A stretch of DNA of 64,000 nucleotides, taken from the NCBI RefSeq assembly GCF_018977255.1, contig NW_024704744.1:63116001-63180000 (forward strand), written 5' to 3'. The notes under the pieces were generated by a model that saw only the letters and a program-made list of their open reading frames with translations, made no database searches and was not told the origin of the DNA. Made by a program: the position numbers and the translations under genes. Numbering within the stretch: the first letter of the stretch is position 1; each line of letters begins with the position of its first letter. Origin of the DNA: Callorhinchus milii (taxonomy: Eukaryota). Shown here piece by piece: positions 12,595 to 27,100 of this stretch.

Positions 12595-14600
12595 ACATAT
12601 TTCTACCACCTTTCACTTCAGGAGGATGTCCCGAGGCACTGGACAATCAGTTTTTTGGACCCAAGCTGGAGATCAGGATCAGGGAGGGTGGCGGTTGGAG
12701 GGAGGGGGGGGAGGAAGGGAATCAAAGGCACGGTCGAAGAGGAGCTTGAAGGAGGCAAGGGAGGGGGCGAGGTGGAGGGACTGCAGAATGGAGTTCCAGA
12801 GGGTGGAGGCAAAGTGGCTGAAGGCCTGCCTGCCAATGGTGGGGTGGGCAAAGCGGGGGACTTGAAGCAGTCCAGAGCCCGCTGAGCGGAGGGAGAGGCA
12901 GGTTAGTAGGGGGTTAGGAGATTGCAGAGATAGGGGGGAGCGAGACCATGCAGGCCTTTGAATGTGAGGACCAGGATCTTGAACTGTATCCTACTGTGTG
13001 ATGGGAAGCCAGTGGACTCGGGTGAGGATGGGGGTGATAGGTTCGTGGAGCCTGGTGCGGGATAGGACACGGGCTGCAGAGTTCTGGATGATCTGCAGCC
13101 TTTGGAGGGAGGAGTTGGGGAGGCCAACAAACAGGGAGTTTGCTTAGTCAAACCTGGATCTTATGAATGTGTGTATAAGGGTCTTGGTGGCCTGCAGTGT
13201 GAGACTGGAGAAGCCGAGTGATGTTGCGGAGGTGGGGGAAGGAGAGCGGGTCATGGCATGGATGTGGAGTAGAAAGGATAGTTGAGGGTCAAACAAGACA
13301 CTAAGGTTCCGGACTGGCTCAGTGAGGTGGAGTGTGCATCCTTGGATGGTGATGCTGTCAGTGCCTGAGGTGTGGAGGCTCTGACGGAAGCCAATCAGGA
13401 GAGCCTCGGTCTTGTTGATGTTTAACTGTGGAAAGTTAGCTCTCATCTAGGACTTGATGTCTGACAGACATATAGATATTGAAGAGGAGGGGATCAAGGA
13501 CGGAGCCCTGAGGAACACCGCATGAGTCAGTGCAGGGGATAGAGGAACAGCCATTTGTGGAGATGAAGTGGAGACCATGTGTGAGATAGGATCTGAACCA
13601 TTCAAGGACAGAACCATGAAGGTTGAGGTGAGAGGAGAAGTGGTGGAGGAGGATAGAGTGGTCAACAGTATTGGAGGCAGCAGAGAGGTCATGGAGGCAG
13701 AGAGAACACTGGTCGCAGAGGGACAAAATGTCATTTGTCACTTTGACCAAAGCTGTTTCTGAGCTGTGGGCAGCACAGAAACCCAATTGGAGGGGTTTGT
13801 GAAGGGAGTGGTGGGAGAGGAACGAGTGAAGCTGGGAAGCAATGACTTGTTCCAAGACCTTGGAAAGGAAAAGAAGGTTGGAGTTGGGGAGGTAGGTTGA
13901 GAGCAGGGATGAGTCCAGGGATGGTTTTTTAAGGCTAGGAGTGATGACGGGCGTTTTTAAAGTAGTGGGCACAGTGCCAGTGGACAGGGAGGTTTATGAT
14001 GTCTGTGAGTAGTGGGGCAAGGCCGTGAAGCTGGGAGGTAAGGAGAGGGGTAGGGATGGGGTCGAGAGAGGAGGTGGTGATTTAACGTGAGTTATGGTGG
14101 TGGTGAGAAGTGGGAGACAGGTTTGAAGGCGTGGAGGGAGGGATGTGTAGTGGCCGGGGTATGAGGGGGAAATAGGAAGGGGGTAGTAGACAGAAGGGCA
14201 GAGGCAGCTGAATGGATATCCTCAACTTTGAGCAGAAGGAGAGGGAAGATAGGAGGGTGGAGATGTCCGAGATGAAGGTGGGAGAGGGTTTGGGGGGACA
14301 ATAAAACAAGAAAATTTTGAGGGAAAGGTTGGTGGGATGGTAGAGGGTAAGGTGCTGAAAGAAGGGGAAGGTTCCGGAGGAATAAGGGGATAGGCATAGT
14401 GGGGATCATGGGATGAGAACCACACCACCACCACAGCAGTTAGGTCATGAGGTATGGTGGAAGGTGTAGCCGGGTGATGTGGCCTCGGTCAGGGACTCAC
14501 TTGGATTGACCCAGGTTTTGGTGAGGGCAAGGATATTGATGCCTTTGTCCACAAAGAGGTCTTGGATGGTGAGATTTTTACTGGAGACAGAGCGGACATT
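12595..14600 (-). mobile_element. L2-clade LINE, degraded ORF2 (endonuclease remnant, RT, 3' end)
   Basis: KKPSLD...FLSKVLE...HSSETALVKV...DLSAA..TVDH...GVPQGSVLDPLLF; LNINKTE; RIQFKILVL; ILALTKTW near 14520; frameshifts and an internal deletion. Confidence 0.92.
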
Positions 14601-15479
14601 TTGTAGGCCTATGCGGAGGGGACAGCTGGTGGTAGAGGGATGAGGGAGTGGAGTGGGAGGATTGACAGGGAGGGTGGGGATGCGGATGAAGGAGGAGAGG
14701 TTGGCTCTCAGGGTCAGGGACCGATGGACTTTGTGCCAGAGGTGGGAATTGGGCAGACAGGGTGGCTGCTGTTGGACAGCCAGCTGCGTCTGCCATGTTG
14801 GGCATGACAGAGGATTCGCAGCTGGAGCAAAGGGAGGTTGTGGGACGGTCGAGCAGGGATAGGAGAATACGGTATTCTAAAAATTGAGTGAAAAACAGAA
14901 ATCAAAATTGTACTAATAACATTTGATTAAAGTGCCTCTCACATCAATCAGGAAGGCATCTCAAAGCATCTCACAGGATTTTGTGGGCAAACACAACATT
15001 TATTTTGTGCAAAGCAGTGTCCTACAAACAGCCACGAAGTAGAGAAAGTGAAATGACAAAGTGAGAAACAGTATGAAAGAAAGAGATGAAAAGAAAATAG
15101 GAGGGATTTCAGATGACTGGAGCTATGGAGGCTATCAGGTAGAGCAGTGGAGAAGTCTAGAGATGGTGAAGATGTGGATGAGGGTTGAGTAGTGATTGGG
15201 GGTGAGGTAGTGACTGGGGGAAGTGATGTTGCAAAAATGGAAGGAAGTAGACTTGGCCAGTGTTCAGATTAAATGCTTAAATAGGTCAGGTCAAACAAAA
15301 TGGTAAGATTTCTTCCTGCCTCCATGAGACAGATTGATCACTCACCATTCAAGAGTGGTAAGATCTGATGGGAGCTGAGCAAGGAAAGCTTCAGTTTCGT
15401 AACATTAAGGATCATACATAATTTGATGTGTATCAGGTAAGTTCAGACCACACTTCGAAACTTAAGATCATTATTCAGG

Positions 15480-15742
15480 CTCACACTCTGAAGCAGTGCT
15501 GGGGGAGTTCTAACTTGTTGGAGGTATCGTCCTTTGGTTTAGTCATTAAACCAACATCCCACCTGTCTGTTCAGATGGATGTTAAAGATCTCATGGCACT
15601 ATTGGAAAAGAATAGCCACTTCATGGCTTTGTGAGACATTGCTTTGCGCAAATTGGCTTCCATGTTCGCCTAAAAATGCAGTTAAAATCCTGTGAACTGC
15701 TTTGACGGCTTGATAAGGTGCTATATCAAATGCAAGGATTAA
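15480..15742 (+). mobile_element. Deu-like SINE remnant
   Basis: GATGTTAAAGATCTCATGGCACTATTGGAA core plus tail. Confidence 0.6.
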
Positions 15743-16263
15743 TTTATCCAAATGGGAGCTTGACTGAGAGCGTGGCAGGTTTTTGATTTATGCAGAGGAA
15801 TCGCAGCCAAATTCGATCCTGCTCTCACCTGATATCCACAGATCATTACAGTATGTCATACTGTTCATTTGTTGTTTTAAGTACTCTCCCTCAGCAGATT
15901 TCAAAATGCCACACCTCTAATTAATCACATTTCTTGCAGGTCAAAGATTAGATAGTATGATCTCTCTTTAAATTTAGTTTTTGAGGCATTTACAAAATCT
16001 CATCATTTTATCCCCTTAAGCTTCCTTCCCAACTCCATGTTTCTTCAATTTGCATTTATATAGCTTCTTTCATGTTGGCAGGATCTCAAAGCACTTTAAA
16101 TGTTCTCCTGCAGTCAAGACAGCAGGTTAGTCTGGGCTGCAGTCGTCAACATCAGTCCTTTCTGTCAGTTGAAAGAATTAGTACAGAACATTTTAAGTTA
16201 CATTTTTGTGCGAATTTATGCCTCATTCCCCCAAGATTGTTTTACCACTGTTCATGCTCCATC

Positions 16264-16580
16264 TCCTGTAGCTCAGTGGTTAGAGCACTCGCTTTGCAAG
16301 TGAGAGACCTGAGTTCAATTCCAGGCAGAGGGCGAAACCTTGGGCAAATTTCCTTACTCCACACAGAGCCTAATAATAATCCCTCCAAAACCAAAAACAA
16401 TAATAAGTTGGTCATTTTCAATCTACGACTGTTTGTGGGACATTGCTGTGCGCAATTGGCTGCCGCGTTCGCCCACAAATATACAGTCAATTCACTTTAC
16501 AGTGTGTTCTGTGAAGCGCTTTGGGACGTCCTCCCGACGTGAAAAGCGCTATATCAAATGCAAGGATTATTATTATTATT
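16264..16580 (+). mobile_element. Near full-length tRNA-Ala(TGC)-derived SINE with L2-type tail (short subfamily)
   Basis: TAGCTCAGTGGTTAGAGCAC (A box), GAGTTCAATTCC (B box), (ATT)n tail; near-identical to copies at 33117 and 47407. Confidence 0.92.
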
Positions 16581-17849
16581 ATCTCACAGCCCACTCAAGA
16601 ATGTTACAAAACTCTCACAAAGGGGGAAGCCATCCATGAATGACTGGTATTCAAACATAGGCACTTTAAACAGCAAACAAATGACACAAAATGAGTAAAT
16701 TAGTGAACTGGAATCTTCTTATAAATGCACTAATATCTAGTGAACAGATTGGCCACCTTCCATATTAAATTGGTGTAAATGATTACAGGAATATTTTCTA
16801 GATCTTTTTCCAAAATAATTTCATCCTCACAAGTAACATTCTGTGGACAGCATACTGGAACTAAATTCTGTATCCTGATTTACTACATGCACCTTTTCTA
16901 TCAATGCAAAACCATTGAAACACATTCAATTTTTCCTTTAGAGTCAGTGATATGGTTAATAAATAGCATTTATTCATAATGTAACATAGTAGGATTTCTA
17001 CATTCAAAACAATATTCAATCTAATTTTAAACTGACATAGCCCAAATATTTTGTTGGGAGCCAAATTTGGTTTCACAGCTTCAATGTACCATCTCTAAAA
17101 GGAATAAGATGGAAAAATACAGCATATTCTGTGAAATGCTTTAAGACGTCTAGAAGACGTGGAAAGCGCTATATCAAATGCAAGGATTATAGTATTAAAT
17201 AGTTTTCAGAAGTGGTACACTAGATCTGTGAAACCAAATTTGGCTTCAACCAAAGATTTTGTTGGTTTCAGGAACTGAATAGGATTAGTAACAAGAACAT
17301 GTAAAATGCAAACCTTGATTCAGCTTCAAATAGTCTCTTGGCCTGTTCCCGTCAATCTCAATAATTATTTATATTTTCTGTGTTAAATAACTGAGCAGTG
17401 ATTTGAGCACCATGATCAATGGTGAAAATATGCAAACCCACATATCAAAACTGTAATGGAAAAGGGACAAAAAGGTAGCTCATTTAGGTAAATGACTCAT
17501 AATCAAATATCAAAAGTGATAAGACTAAAAATGTTGTGGTTAAAATGTTGGTACCAATTCATTTGGGAGTCATGCAATTTGCTCATCCCAAATACACGAC
17601 TGCAATCAATTTTGTACCACGTGTAAATCATGTGTAAAGCAGGATTTATGCATGTGCTTAATTGTATAATTAATGACAAATGTAAAGCCTTGGATGCTAA
17701 ATGTAATTAATAGATTATTTTGTTGTTAATTGCATGTCTTACACATGACTCTTCACATACTTGAGTTTATACATGGTGCATAATAGACCACAAAGTTTAA
17801 AACCATTCCCCAGAATGAGTGCAAATGAGGTCAGACATTTTATAATAAA

Positions 17850-18180
17850 AATAACAATTCTTGCATTTGATATAGCACCTACATCAAAATGTCTCAAAGG
17901 ACTTCACAGGCATTTGTGGTCAAGTGTAGACATGGTGGTCATTTTACCCACAAGATCTTACAAACAACAATTAAGTGAATAACCATATTATTAATCTGGA
18001 GGATTATTTGCCAGATAATCTGAAGAAATTCCTTTTCTTAAAAATATATTGCCTTGGGATCTTTAGCATTCACTAGAGTATCAAACTAGACTTCGAATTC
18101 AAATACTGGCAATAATAGGATGTGAACCCACAACCTTCTGACCCAAAGCGAGGTGCTGTCAACTGTCCTAAACTAATATA
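17850..18180 (-). mobile_element. Deu-like SINE remnant
   Basis: TGCCTTGGGATCTTTAGCAT core, GAACCCACAACCTTCTGAC head remnant. Confidence 0.55.
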
Positions 18181-18884
18181 CAGGTGTGTTGTATAGACTT
18201 TCTACACTCTACCACCACTAAACATTAACAACTCTAAAAAAAAATTAAAATTAAAATTACTACAACGCTAAGGGAATTTATTTTCTGTTCACAATCTCCT
18301 AGTTATCCAGTATGAGGCTGAGCATTGCTACACTAATGCACTATCAGCAGTTTATGAATACCTCCATTATGAACCCCCAGTCACAAGATCAACCAGTCGT
18401 GTTTAATGAACACTAATTAATTGTGATAAATTCCCTCAATTTTATTTTAAAATACTGTAATTTCTTGCCCTAAATTACAAATGTAATTGATGCAAACAGG
18501 CAATTCAAGACTATCCAACTCTCTTAACAGTGTAATATAATCAACAGGGATAATTTTCGTATAGATTCAGTTGTTATATCTTGAATCACTTTAAATTTTT
18601 GTTACAAAAACATTAGATAGTAATTTGACAATTGTGATTAAACAAAAGACATTGGCAGAACAATTATTGTAATACCGTATTTTTTTTAGTAAATAAAAAT
18701 ACAAGTTAACACATTTAAGAAATAAGATAAAACAAAAATTATAAATTAGATAATAGCAGTTCTCAAATATTGACAATCAGCAATTTACCATTTCTGTATT
18801 GGAGTTTTACGTCATACCCACTCTGTGCTGTTATAGCACAAGAGAAAAGTACAACATTGTTTACATTTGAGAACAATCTGCATT

Positions 18885-19088
18885 AATAATAATCCCTCAA
18901 GAAGATAAAACAATAATAAATTGGTCACTTCAAACAACGACTGTTTGTGGGACGCTGCTGTGCGCAATTAGCTGCCGCATTTCTCCCTCAAATATACAGT
19001 CAATTCACTTTACAGTCTATTCTGTGAAGCGCTTTGAGGTGTCTAGAAGACATGAAAAGAGCTATATCAAATGCAAGGATTATTATTA
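18885..19088 (+). mobile_element. SINE 3' half
   Basis: GTTTGTGGGACGCTGCTGTGCGCAATT...ATCAAATGCAAGGATTATT. Confidence 0.85.
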
Positions 19089-20964
19089 GTCTTTGATACA
19101 ACTTGTGCATGTCTAGAATCAATATAAATTGACATGTGTGGTATACAGGAACAAACTTTGTTTGTTTTAGTCTCAATTTGTTTTATTGAAATCGTTTGGA
19201 TAGCCTCAAATTCAGACTAAATTGTGTATATTATCTACATTATACACTATAAAACAAAACCGTTCTAAAGATTCATTTTCTTCCTAATACATTATCCTAT
19301 TTATATCAGAATATTTTCTTGCAGGAGAAACATTATAACTAAGAAATTGTCTCAAACATAATTTGATATGGAAGCAAAGAAGAACCACAAGGAAAATGAC
19401 CGTTGTGTGTTTTGCCAGAAGATATCCAGTTTTCAGTTCATCAATTATAGAATGAAAGATTAGGGAATGTATTTATTGCCAGGAATGGACATAAGTGGCA
19501 ATAATATCTTAGAAATAGGCTGGTTGTAGAAAGATATTTTTTCTTTTGACATTTTTTCACATGAAGTTAAACATTTTCTAATTTTAGAACTCAAATATTC
19601 AGTTAAACATTATTTAAATTTTGATAATAATCAAAGATTTGGGAGTTCTAAAAACATACGAATACAATATGACAAAAATTGCAATTGATTAAATGTCAAA
19701 GGACAGATTACTTGACAGACATGATATTCTCATTGGTAACAGCAAATGTTTTATATTGGGCATCCATTGGATAATTTACCCAAACAAACAAACCTGATGA
19801 AATTGTAAATTATCAGGTCTGTTCAATATATGTATCTCACATAATGGGTGTTTAACGTATATTTTTGATTTATACCTTAGGTAAGTGTATTGATTCTGAT
19901 AGCCAAACTAACTGCCATATCATACGATCAGTCCGTTAGCTCCCACATGATCAAAGGATTGCAATCACCCTCATGAAGTTGTTATTTATCACAATGTGCT
20001 GCTGGTTCACATCTTACATTTGCAGTAGATTGTTATTGCTTTTGGAACACCCTAAATAAAAGCTGACATTTTTTGTGTTCTGCATGAAGGGTACTATTGT
20101 TGTGATGCCATCCTACTGAAAATATAATTAATTCAGTTTAAAAGGAATTACTTTTTTTTTAAAGTGATTCCAATCTATCCATCCAGATGATTTGAAATTG
20201 TGAGCCATCCATGCAAACAAATTATATGCAATCCAATTATTAAGAATGTAAATCATATTCCTTTTATCCATAGATTTCAATACTACAGTAATAGAACCCA
20301 TGTAGAAGCAGTATTAACTGAGGTGTAGAATCATGAAAGCTTTATTCAATTTCGGCAAAGTTATAAACAAAGACAAATTTTGTTGATACAAGTTCCACTA
20401 TTGTTAGCATGAGTATTAACTGCTCTGAGCAATATGATGATGATTATGTTCACAGTCTCAACTCTTTTTGCCAGAATTTCTGTATGGTCCATTTGTTTCA
20501 TTTATTTGTAATGTATCAATTGCCACTTATTGGTCAGTCTTTAGTCCTCATCATAGGTTATTAGTAATTCAGTACCACATGAGTTGGTATGTAACACAAA
20601 GTACATAATAAAATAAATTAACCGAATAACCCAAGAGATTTTCCACACAGCTGTATTTAGTTACTAATTGGTTGTGACCTGATCACTGAAAGGCTAAATG
20701 CACAATGACACTAGACACCAACAATTGGCATAGATATTACCTGTCCTTAGAATGATTTATTTTCCAACAGAAACATTGTGCAGGTTATTTTTTCTAGCTA
20801 CAAAGAAACCAATGAGTAGACAAAAAGGATTTCTTCCATTGCATCTGTTCACTTAACAGTAATTAGCTATAGATGGAAAATGTAAAACATTAACAAGTGC
20901 TTTTTATGAAAACTTCAGAATTTATGTTCAATGTTTTTTTTCTCTCTCCCCATCTTTATAAAAA

Positions 20965-21122
20965 TCAGTACTGTGGGAAAGTTTTGTCAATCTTACGAGC
21001 CCAAGCCATTAGTCCACCCTGGATATCCTTCACAAATAATGTGCCCAGGCCTTTGTCCAATATCTCTTCTAAGATTTTAACAGCCTTCTGGGAATCATTT
21101 CCTTGTTTACAGATGACAAACA
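20965..21122 (-). CDS. MOCS3: MOCS3 exon 13 (terminal coding exon)
   Basis: [55 protein letters not shown]; minus-strand AATAAA candidates at 20756-20761, 20501-20506, 20341-20346. Confidence 0.95.
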
Positions 21123-24100
21123 CTGGAATTAGAAAAGCAGGAAATTAGGCTATATTGCACCTCATGGAACAAAAATCTTTTCATGATGAAGTGCTATACA
21201 AATAGTATCTCAAGATTTAGCAAAGATCATCTGAAGCAGAACAGAATGTACAGTAGAACCTCCCTAATCCGGTCACTCAAGTAACTGGTCAAAAGTGACT
21301 TATTTGGTGAGGTGACCAGATTACTGAAACAGGATTACATAGGATGAACACTGAACAACTATACTTCGCAGTTTCACTAAAATAAGGGCATTGTCACATT
21401 TAAAACAGATCTTAGGTTTCTTTATTCAAAGTTTACATGAGAAGTTAAAATCACAGTTGTTTGTACCGCGTTTGTACCGGAGGGCGCTTGTAGTGGCCAG
21501 AGTCACTGACCATTGTCCTGAATAGTGAGGTGCCCAGCAGACAGCCTATCTTTTAACATTGACAATGAAAGTGACTGAAAATGTGTTCGTAATTGTGAGG
21601 TGGCTGGATTACTGAGGTGACTGCAAACCGTGTTTCTACTGTACTGCTAGGCAGTACAATTTACTGCTTTTCTAACAATACTATTCCATAGCATTGTAAT
21701 GTTCCCCGATTTTTCCATTAATTCTAAGCCATTTTGTAATTTGATAGTTATATCAAATTTATCCAGATGTCTTGGAGTTGGACTTCCACTCCCCCCCCCC
21801 CCCCCCGTCCTCTCACCACCATTCTCATTAGAAAGCCAGGTACGTGAAGGATTCGCATCATTTTGACTGCTGCTGTCCTGCTAACTGGTAGCAAAAGTCA
21901 AAAGCTCCAATGCCACGATTATCACAACTGAGAATAGCATTGGGGTAACTGGATTGGTTCTGGCACATCCATATACATTCAATGTGATAAATATCAAACA
22001 TACTGGCAATTTAGCCTTAATATTGTGTGTTCCAGAGTAGCTTTAGTGGATTGTCCTTTTCCAAAATGCTTCACCTCAATTAATAGCTCCCTCTGGTGGC
22101 GAATATAATTAATGATATTGTTTTCTCAGTCGTAAGGACATTGCTCAGATTTGGCAGCAGGCATTATTTTTAAGTAAACTATCCTCAAGAGCTTTATTAA
22201 TGCTCCTCATGATAGTTTTGATGCTGTGACAAGCATGCCACTTTTCCCCTAAGCCTTACATGAATGTGTTCCATCTAAAGTTTTTTTTCCTTTGAGAACA
22301 CAATTCGGCATTTTAATTATTCGTCATAAAAAGAAGTGTCAAATTACTGTAAATACATCTCAATGTTAATATATCTGGATATTCTTCTATTATGAAGGCA
22401 TTCATTACCTAGCAATTTGCCTGCCATCTATCTGAAACCAGAATAGAACTACAAAGGGGACAAAATTGATTGGATTGTTTTTGGTGGTCAGGTTACCAAT
22501 AACAGCAAGCTGAATTCTATCCCAGTCTACTTCTAATTAAACAGAGGTACTATGTTTAGTATTCAAGATTATGTTATGATGGCATTGTAGTCATGCCGTG
22601 AATTCAAAGATAAGGTTACCTGAATTGAAGAATGTAAGATTACATGGAGATCCTTGCAGCTTATACATAACACAATCAGATACTAATCCTTATAGAATAG
22701 TCTAAATCTGTATTTGGTACCAGAATGTGTCAACTCATATATAGTGCAGTTAAGGTAAAGGCAAAAATATGTATTATTTATGCAGCAGTTGACGGCAGTA
22801 AAGCACCTTTATATAAAAACACTAAAATGAACACTGAGATCTTGGATTTAAGGTCAAACAGCAAACACAAGAGATGCATACAATATCTTGCATTACAGAT
22901 TCTCTTTAAAAAGAGTGAACGTATTCATACTTAAATAATAATTTAGTAAAAAAGTTAATAAAAAGTTAAACGTTTCAGATATGTTTTGGCTAGCAGCTGA
23001 GCCAGGACTGTCAAAGCAAGAGCCTGGGAATGTCCTCCTGATGTGGAAGGAACAACATAAATGTAAATCTGCATTGTATTTATTGGTGAATTGATTTACA
23101 AGCCAGTATCAAGGATATTAAGCCTGGAACAATGTAGCTAATACCCAAACATCCATAGAAACAGTAGAGATTGGCTGAATGCAACAAGTGCGCCTGACAA
23201 ATATGAACTCCTTACAAAGAGCACAAGACTGAACTACATCTCTGTCCAAACAATATGTTTTACTCTTGGTCCCACCACAGTCCATTTGAAGGGAGTTGAG
23301 CAGACATCGGCTTTTATCTTGAACAGCACCCGGTTTTAGAGGCACAAAATTATAATCTAAATTATCTCAAGTCAAAATGTTCTTTTAGCATTGTTCTTAT
23401 GTCAAACAAGTTATTCATAGGCAACTTAATGCAAGTATAAAATTGCACGTGATTACTGCAGTCTGAAAGTAGTATTGTGATATGTAAACAATACTAAAAG
23501 AACACCTTGGCAGTGTTCTTTCAGTATTATTTACATATCACATAAAACAAAGTTACAACTAAACCCATTCAATGTTCTGAAAACAGTGCTTGATCTAATC
23601 TGAAGCTGCTGAGCCAGCGAATCTCCAGTCAGTCAATCAGTTCTCACACGGTTGAGATTCTCACTGCACCAAATTAGCCACTCAACACTTGGTAGTTTAA
23701 GGTTTCCAAAGCATCAAATACTAACATCTGCTGTTGTAAGATACTAGACCGATTATCATTAAAGAGTGTCCTGGGAGAACATTTTGTCACAGGAAATGGG
23801 CTAATTTTTCCTAATGAAAGATTCCAACTCTATACAGCTGGTAGCTGATAAACAGTCTCATTCAATTATTTAAACAAGGAAGCAGTTGGATTTATAATAA
23901 TAATCCTTGCATTTGATATAGTGCCTTATCACATCTTCAAGATCCTCAAAGTACTTCACACAATATACTGTAAAGTGAATTACTGTATACTTTGTGGGTG
24001 AAACGTGGCAGCCGATTGAGCACAGTAGTGTCCCACCAAAAGTCCTGGATTGAGTGACTAAATTATCATTATTTATTCTGAAGGGATTATTACCCCCAGG

Positions 24101-27100
24101 AAAGTGATCCGCCAATTGAATAATAACCGGTTCCTACTTACTGCTAGCGTGTAGAGTAAACAGAGGCATGTAGAGTAATAAAACCCAGGTCTCAAAGCAC
24201 TTCACAGAATATATTGTAAAGTGGATTGACTGTATATTTTGTGGGCAAAACAATTAAAATTGAAAATGAGTAAGAGACAGTGTGGTCATTTTTTGATGAA
24301 TTTGAAACAAAGCAATTGAAGCTTAGTAGGCACAGTAGAGAAAATTTTCAAAGGAACAGAAATCTCATTACAGCAGTATTAATATGATAAAAAAATAAAG
24401 TTGTGACTGGCTGAGCAAGGGTGAACTTTCCCTTTCCTTCCCCTCATACCTATTGCTCCATGCATCTCCAGACCATTACATACAACCAACCAGCAGTGTT
24501 GGAGAGAAATACAAACATACAGAAAGTAGGACCCTCAAAAATGTTTGTAATACTTCTCTAGTAACTAGTTACAGCCCCAGAGGCACAACAGCTATATACC
24601 AAAAGCAAGGATTACCCCACCCTTTTGACCAGTGAGCAATACATGAATCTAAAAGCCGGGGGTTGGGGGGTGGAAATCATTTTTAAAAATACATATTTTC
24701 GAAACCTAAACATAAACCTCTTTGGTCAAACATGTAATTTTAGGTCTATGCCAACAGATGCATATTTTATGTTTAAGAGGGACATCCCCAGAGTGCCTTA
24801 ACAGAAAAATTTATTTCAATGCAAAAAAGGCAGATGTTTTTTCCTAGTTTTCCTACATGAGAGGGAAAAGGATGAAATTATACAGCTCTTGGCCCTAACT
24901 ACAAAGGTATTTCAGGTTCAACCACTCTTGATTGTAAGAACTCTGCCAACTCCATGGCTCATCTTCCTTAGATCTGTCCCAAAATATCTGGCAACATGAA
25001 ATTGCTATAAAGTTGTTAAACCATCAGAAGGCACTCATGGCTGTGGATGATGAAAAACACATTGCTTGATGCTTCTAGCATGCACTTTTAAAGCAATTGT
25101 AAGCAATAACTCAATTTTTGAAGATAAGCAAACTTACAGAATTGTCATCTATAGACTATTTGAATTTTTCTCTTAGATGCAAGGGGGATTTCAGCACCTG
25201 GATGAAGGGCTAAAATCCAGTTCAGCACATTTGCAAACACATCTGTAATCATCTTCTATTTTACAAAACGGGACCTTGTAAATGAAACCCTCTGTTGAAC
25301 TGTTTCTTGGCATCTCACAATGTAACCATAAGACTTTATAAAGCACGATCTGGAAGAACTCTCTTAGTTGGTACATGCTTAAAATGTATGAGTCTGAATT
25401 TTAGTGTCTGATTTTCTGTATCTCATTTGGCAATGATATTAAAGTGATTCTTTGCCCAAACCTCAAATTATTTTCTGAATCCTTAAATTTTTAATGATAC
25501 AATCAAATAAATGAAAAGACAATATATATTTGCCATGTGGACGAAAATGAATCTCTATCCTACTAATTAATTGGACCGACTCTTCATAACTTCTCTCATT
25601 GATTTCAGTCCTTAGGGACTAGAACATTGATGCCTCAATCTTCAAACAGAATTATGGCTGGATGAATGTAACTTTGATAATATTATTGTTCGTTACGTGT
25701 AAAGGCCCATTTTTTTTGAATGTAGGTATAATATCCATTAATCCCCCCCCCATCCCCATCAGCTCTCAACTCATCCTCTTGATTATCTTACTCGGTTGTA
25801 ATCCTGTGTACATTAATCATCCTTGCCTTTGGTTTAGCACCTCTTCTAGTCTTTGAGATGTCTCAAAGTGCTTCACTGTAAAGTGTCGTGACTGTAATTT
25901 GTATGCAAAACATGCCAAATTTGCAAACAGTAATGTTCCACAAACAGCTATCAAGTGAATGACCAATTTAATTTAGAGGGAATTGTAGGCCAGGATATTG
26001 AGGAAACCTCCTTTCTTTTCAAACAGTGCAATGGGATCTTTAACATCAACCTAAACAGAAAGTCTGGACCTCGGTTTAATATTTAGAGGACGGCAAAAGA
26101 GGGCTCCCCAGCATTGTACTGTAGTGTCAACCTAGACTGTGAGTTCAAAGTCCTGATGTGGAGACTGAACCCACATTTCATTTTTGCTGTCTGTTTAGCA
26201 TTTTTTTGAAAAAATGTGTTCATAAATTAATATTTTAATTTTCTATTATTAAAAAACATTTTTTAGAGAAGTTGCCAAACCATATGCTAGAGATGAAGTT
26301 GTTTGCTCGGGCACCTTGCATAAGTGATTCTAGCAGAAGTGATGTAGCAGAAACAGGAAGTACAATGATTTTCCACATTAAACATACACAGAGTAAAATC
26401 ACGTACATCAACAAATATCAATATGCAGTGAGAAAAATACCTGGTAATGTGGCTGAATCACATGCTGCTTCTTTTCTACACATGGTGATGTTACTCTGTA
26501 AAAGCTTCATGGAGTCCGCATTCTTTTCCTCTAATTTGGCTAAAGGAACATCTGATGTTATGCATAGGAAAGTCTTCATTCAAAAGCAAGGACATAATTA
26601 ACACAATAATTATATTTATTTCCCCAGTGCTAGCCAGATTAAAGCAACCAATGCTTAAAGAAAGGTTTTTCAGAAGTTATTTCCATTCATTAGTGAAGTC
26701 AGTGACTAGACGACATAGTAATGAGATAGCCACAAGAACAGTAAAAGGAGTACTTAGGAGGAATTTTTTCATGCAGTTGTTTGGATGCAGAATGCCCTGC
26801 CAAATAGGGTGGTGGAGGCAGAGTCCCCTGTAGCTTTCAAGAGGGAGGTGGACAGGTATATGAAAGGGACTTGAAGGGGTATGAGGATAAGGTGGGACTC
26901 TGGGATTGAATTGATCTCCTTGCTCTGTGAGCCAGTATGGACTTGACAGACCGAATGATCTCCTTTTGCACTGTAGATTTCTGTTTCTACGAGGTGATGC
27001 TCCTCCCCCACCCCACACACAAACTAACTTAAGTGAGAAGGTTGAATATATAATATATAATAATCCTTGCATTTGATATAGCACCTTATCACATCTTCAC

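Noticed and set aside
16264-16335. tRNA-Ala gene (also 33117, 38086, 47660-47733, 60064)
   Set aside because: The tRNA-like head runs directly into a SINE body and tail; the acceptor stem does not pair properly
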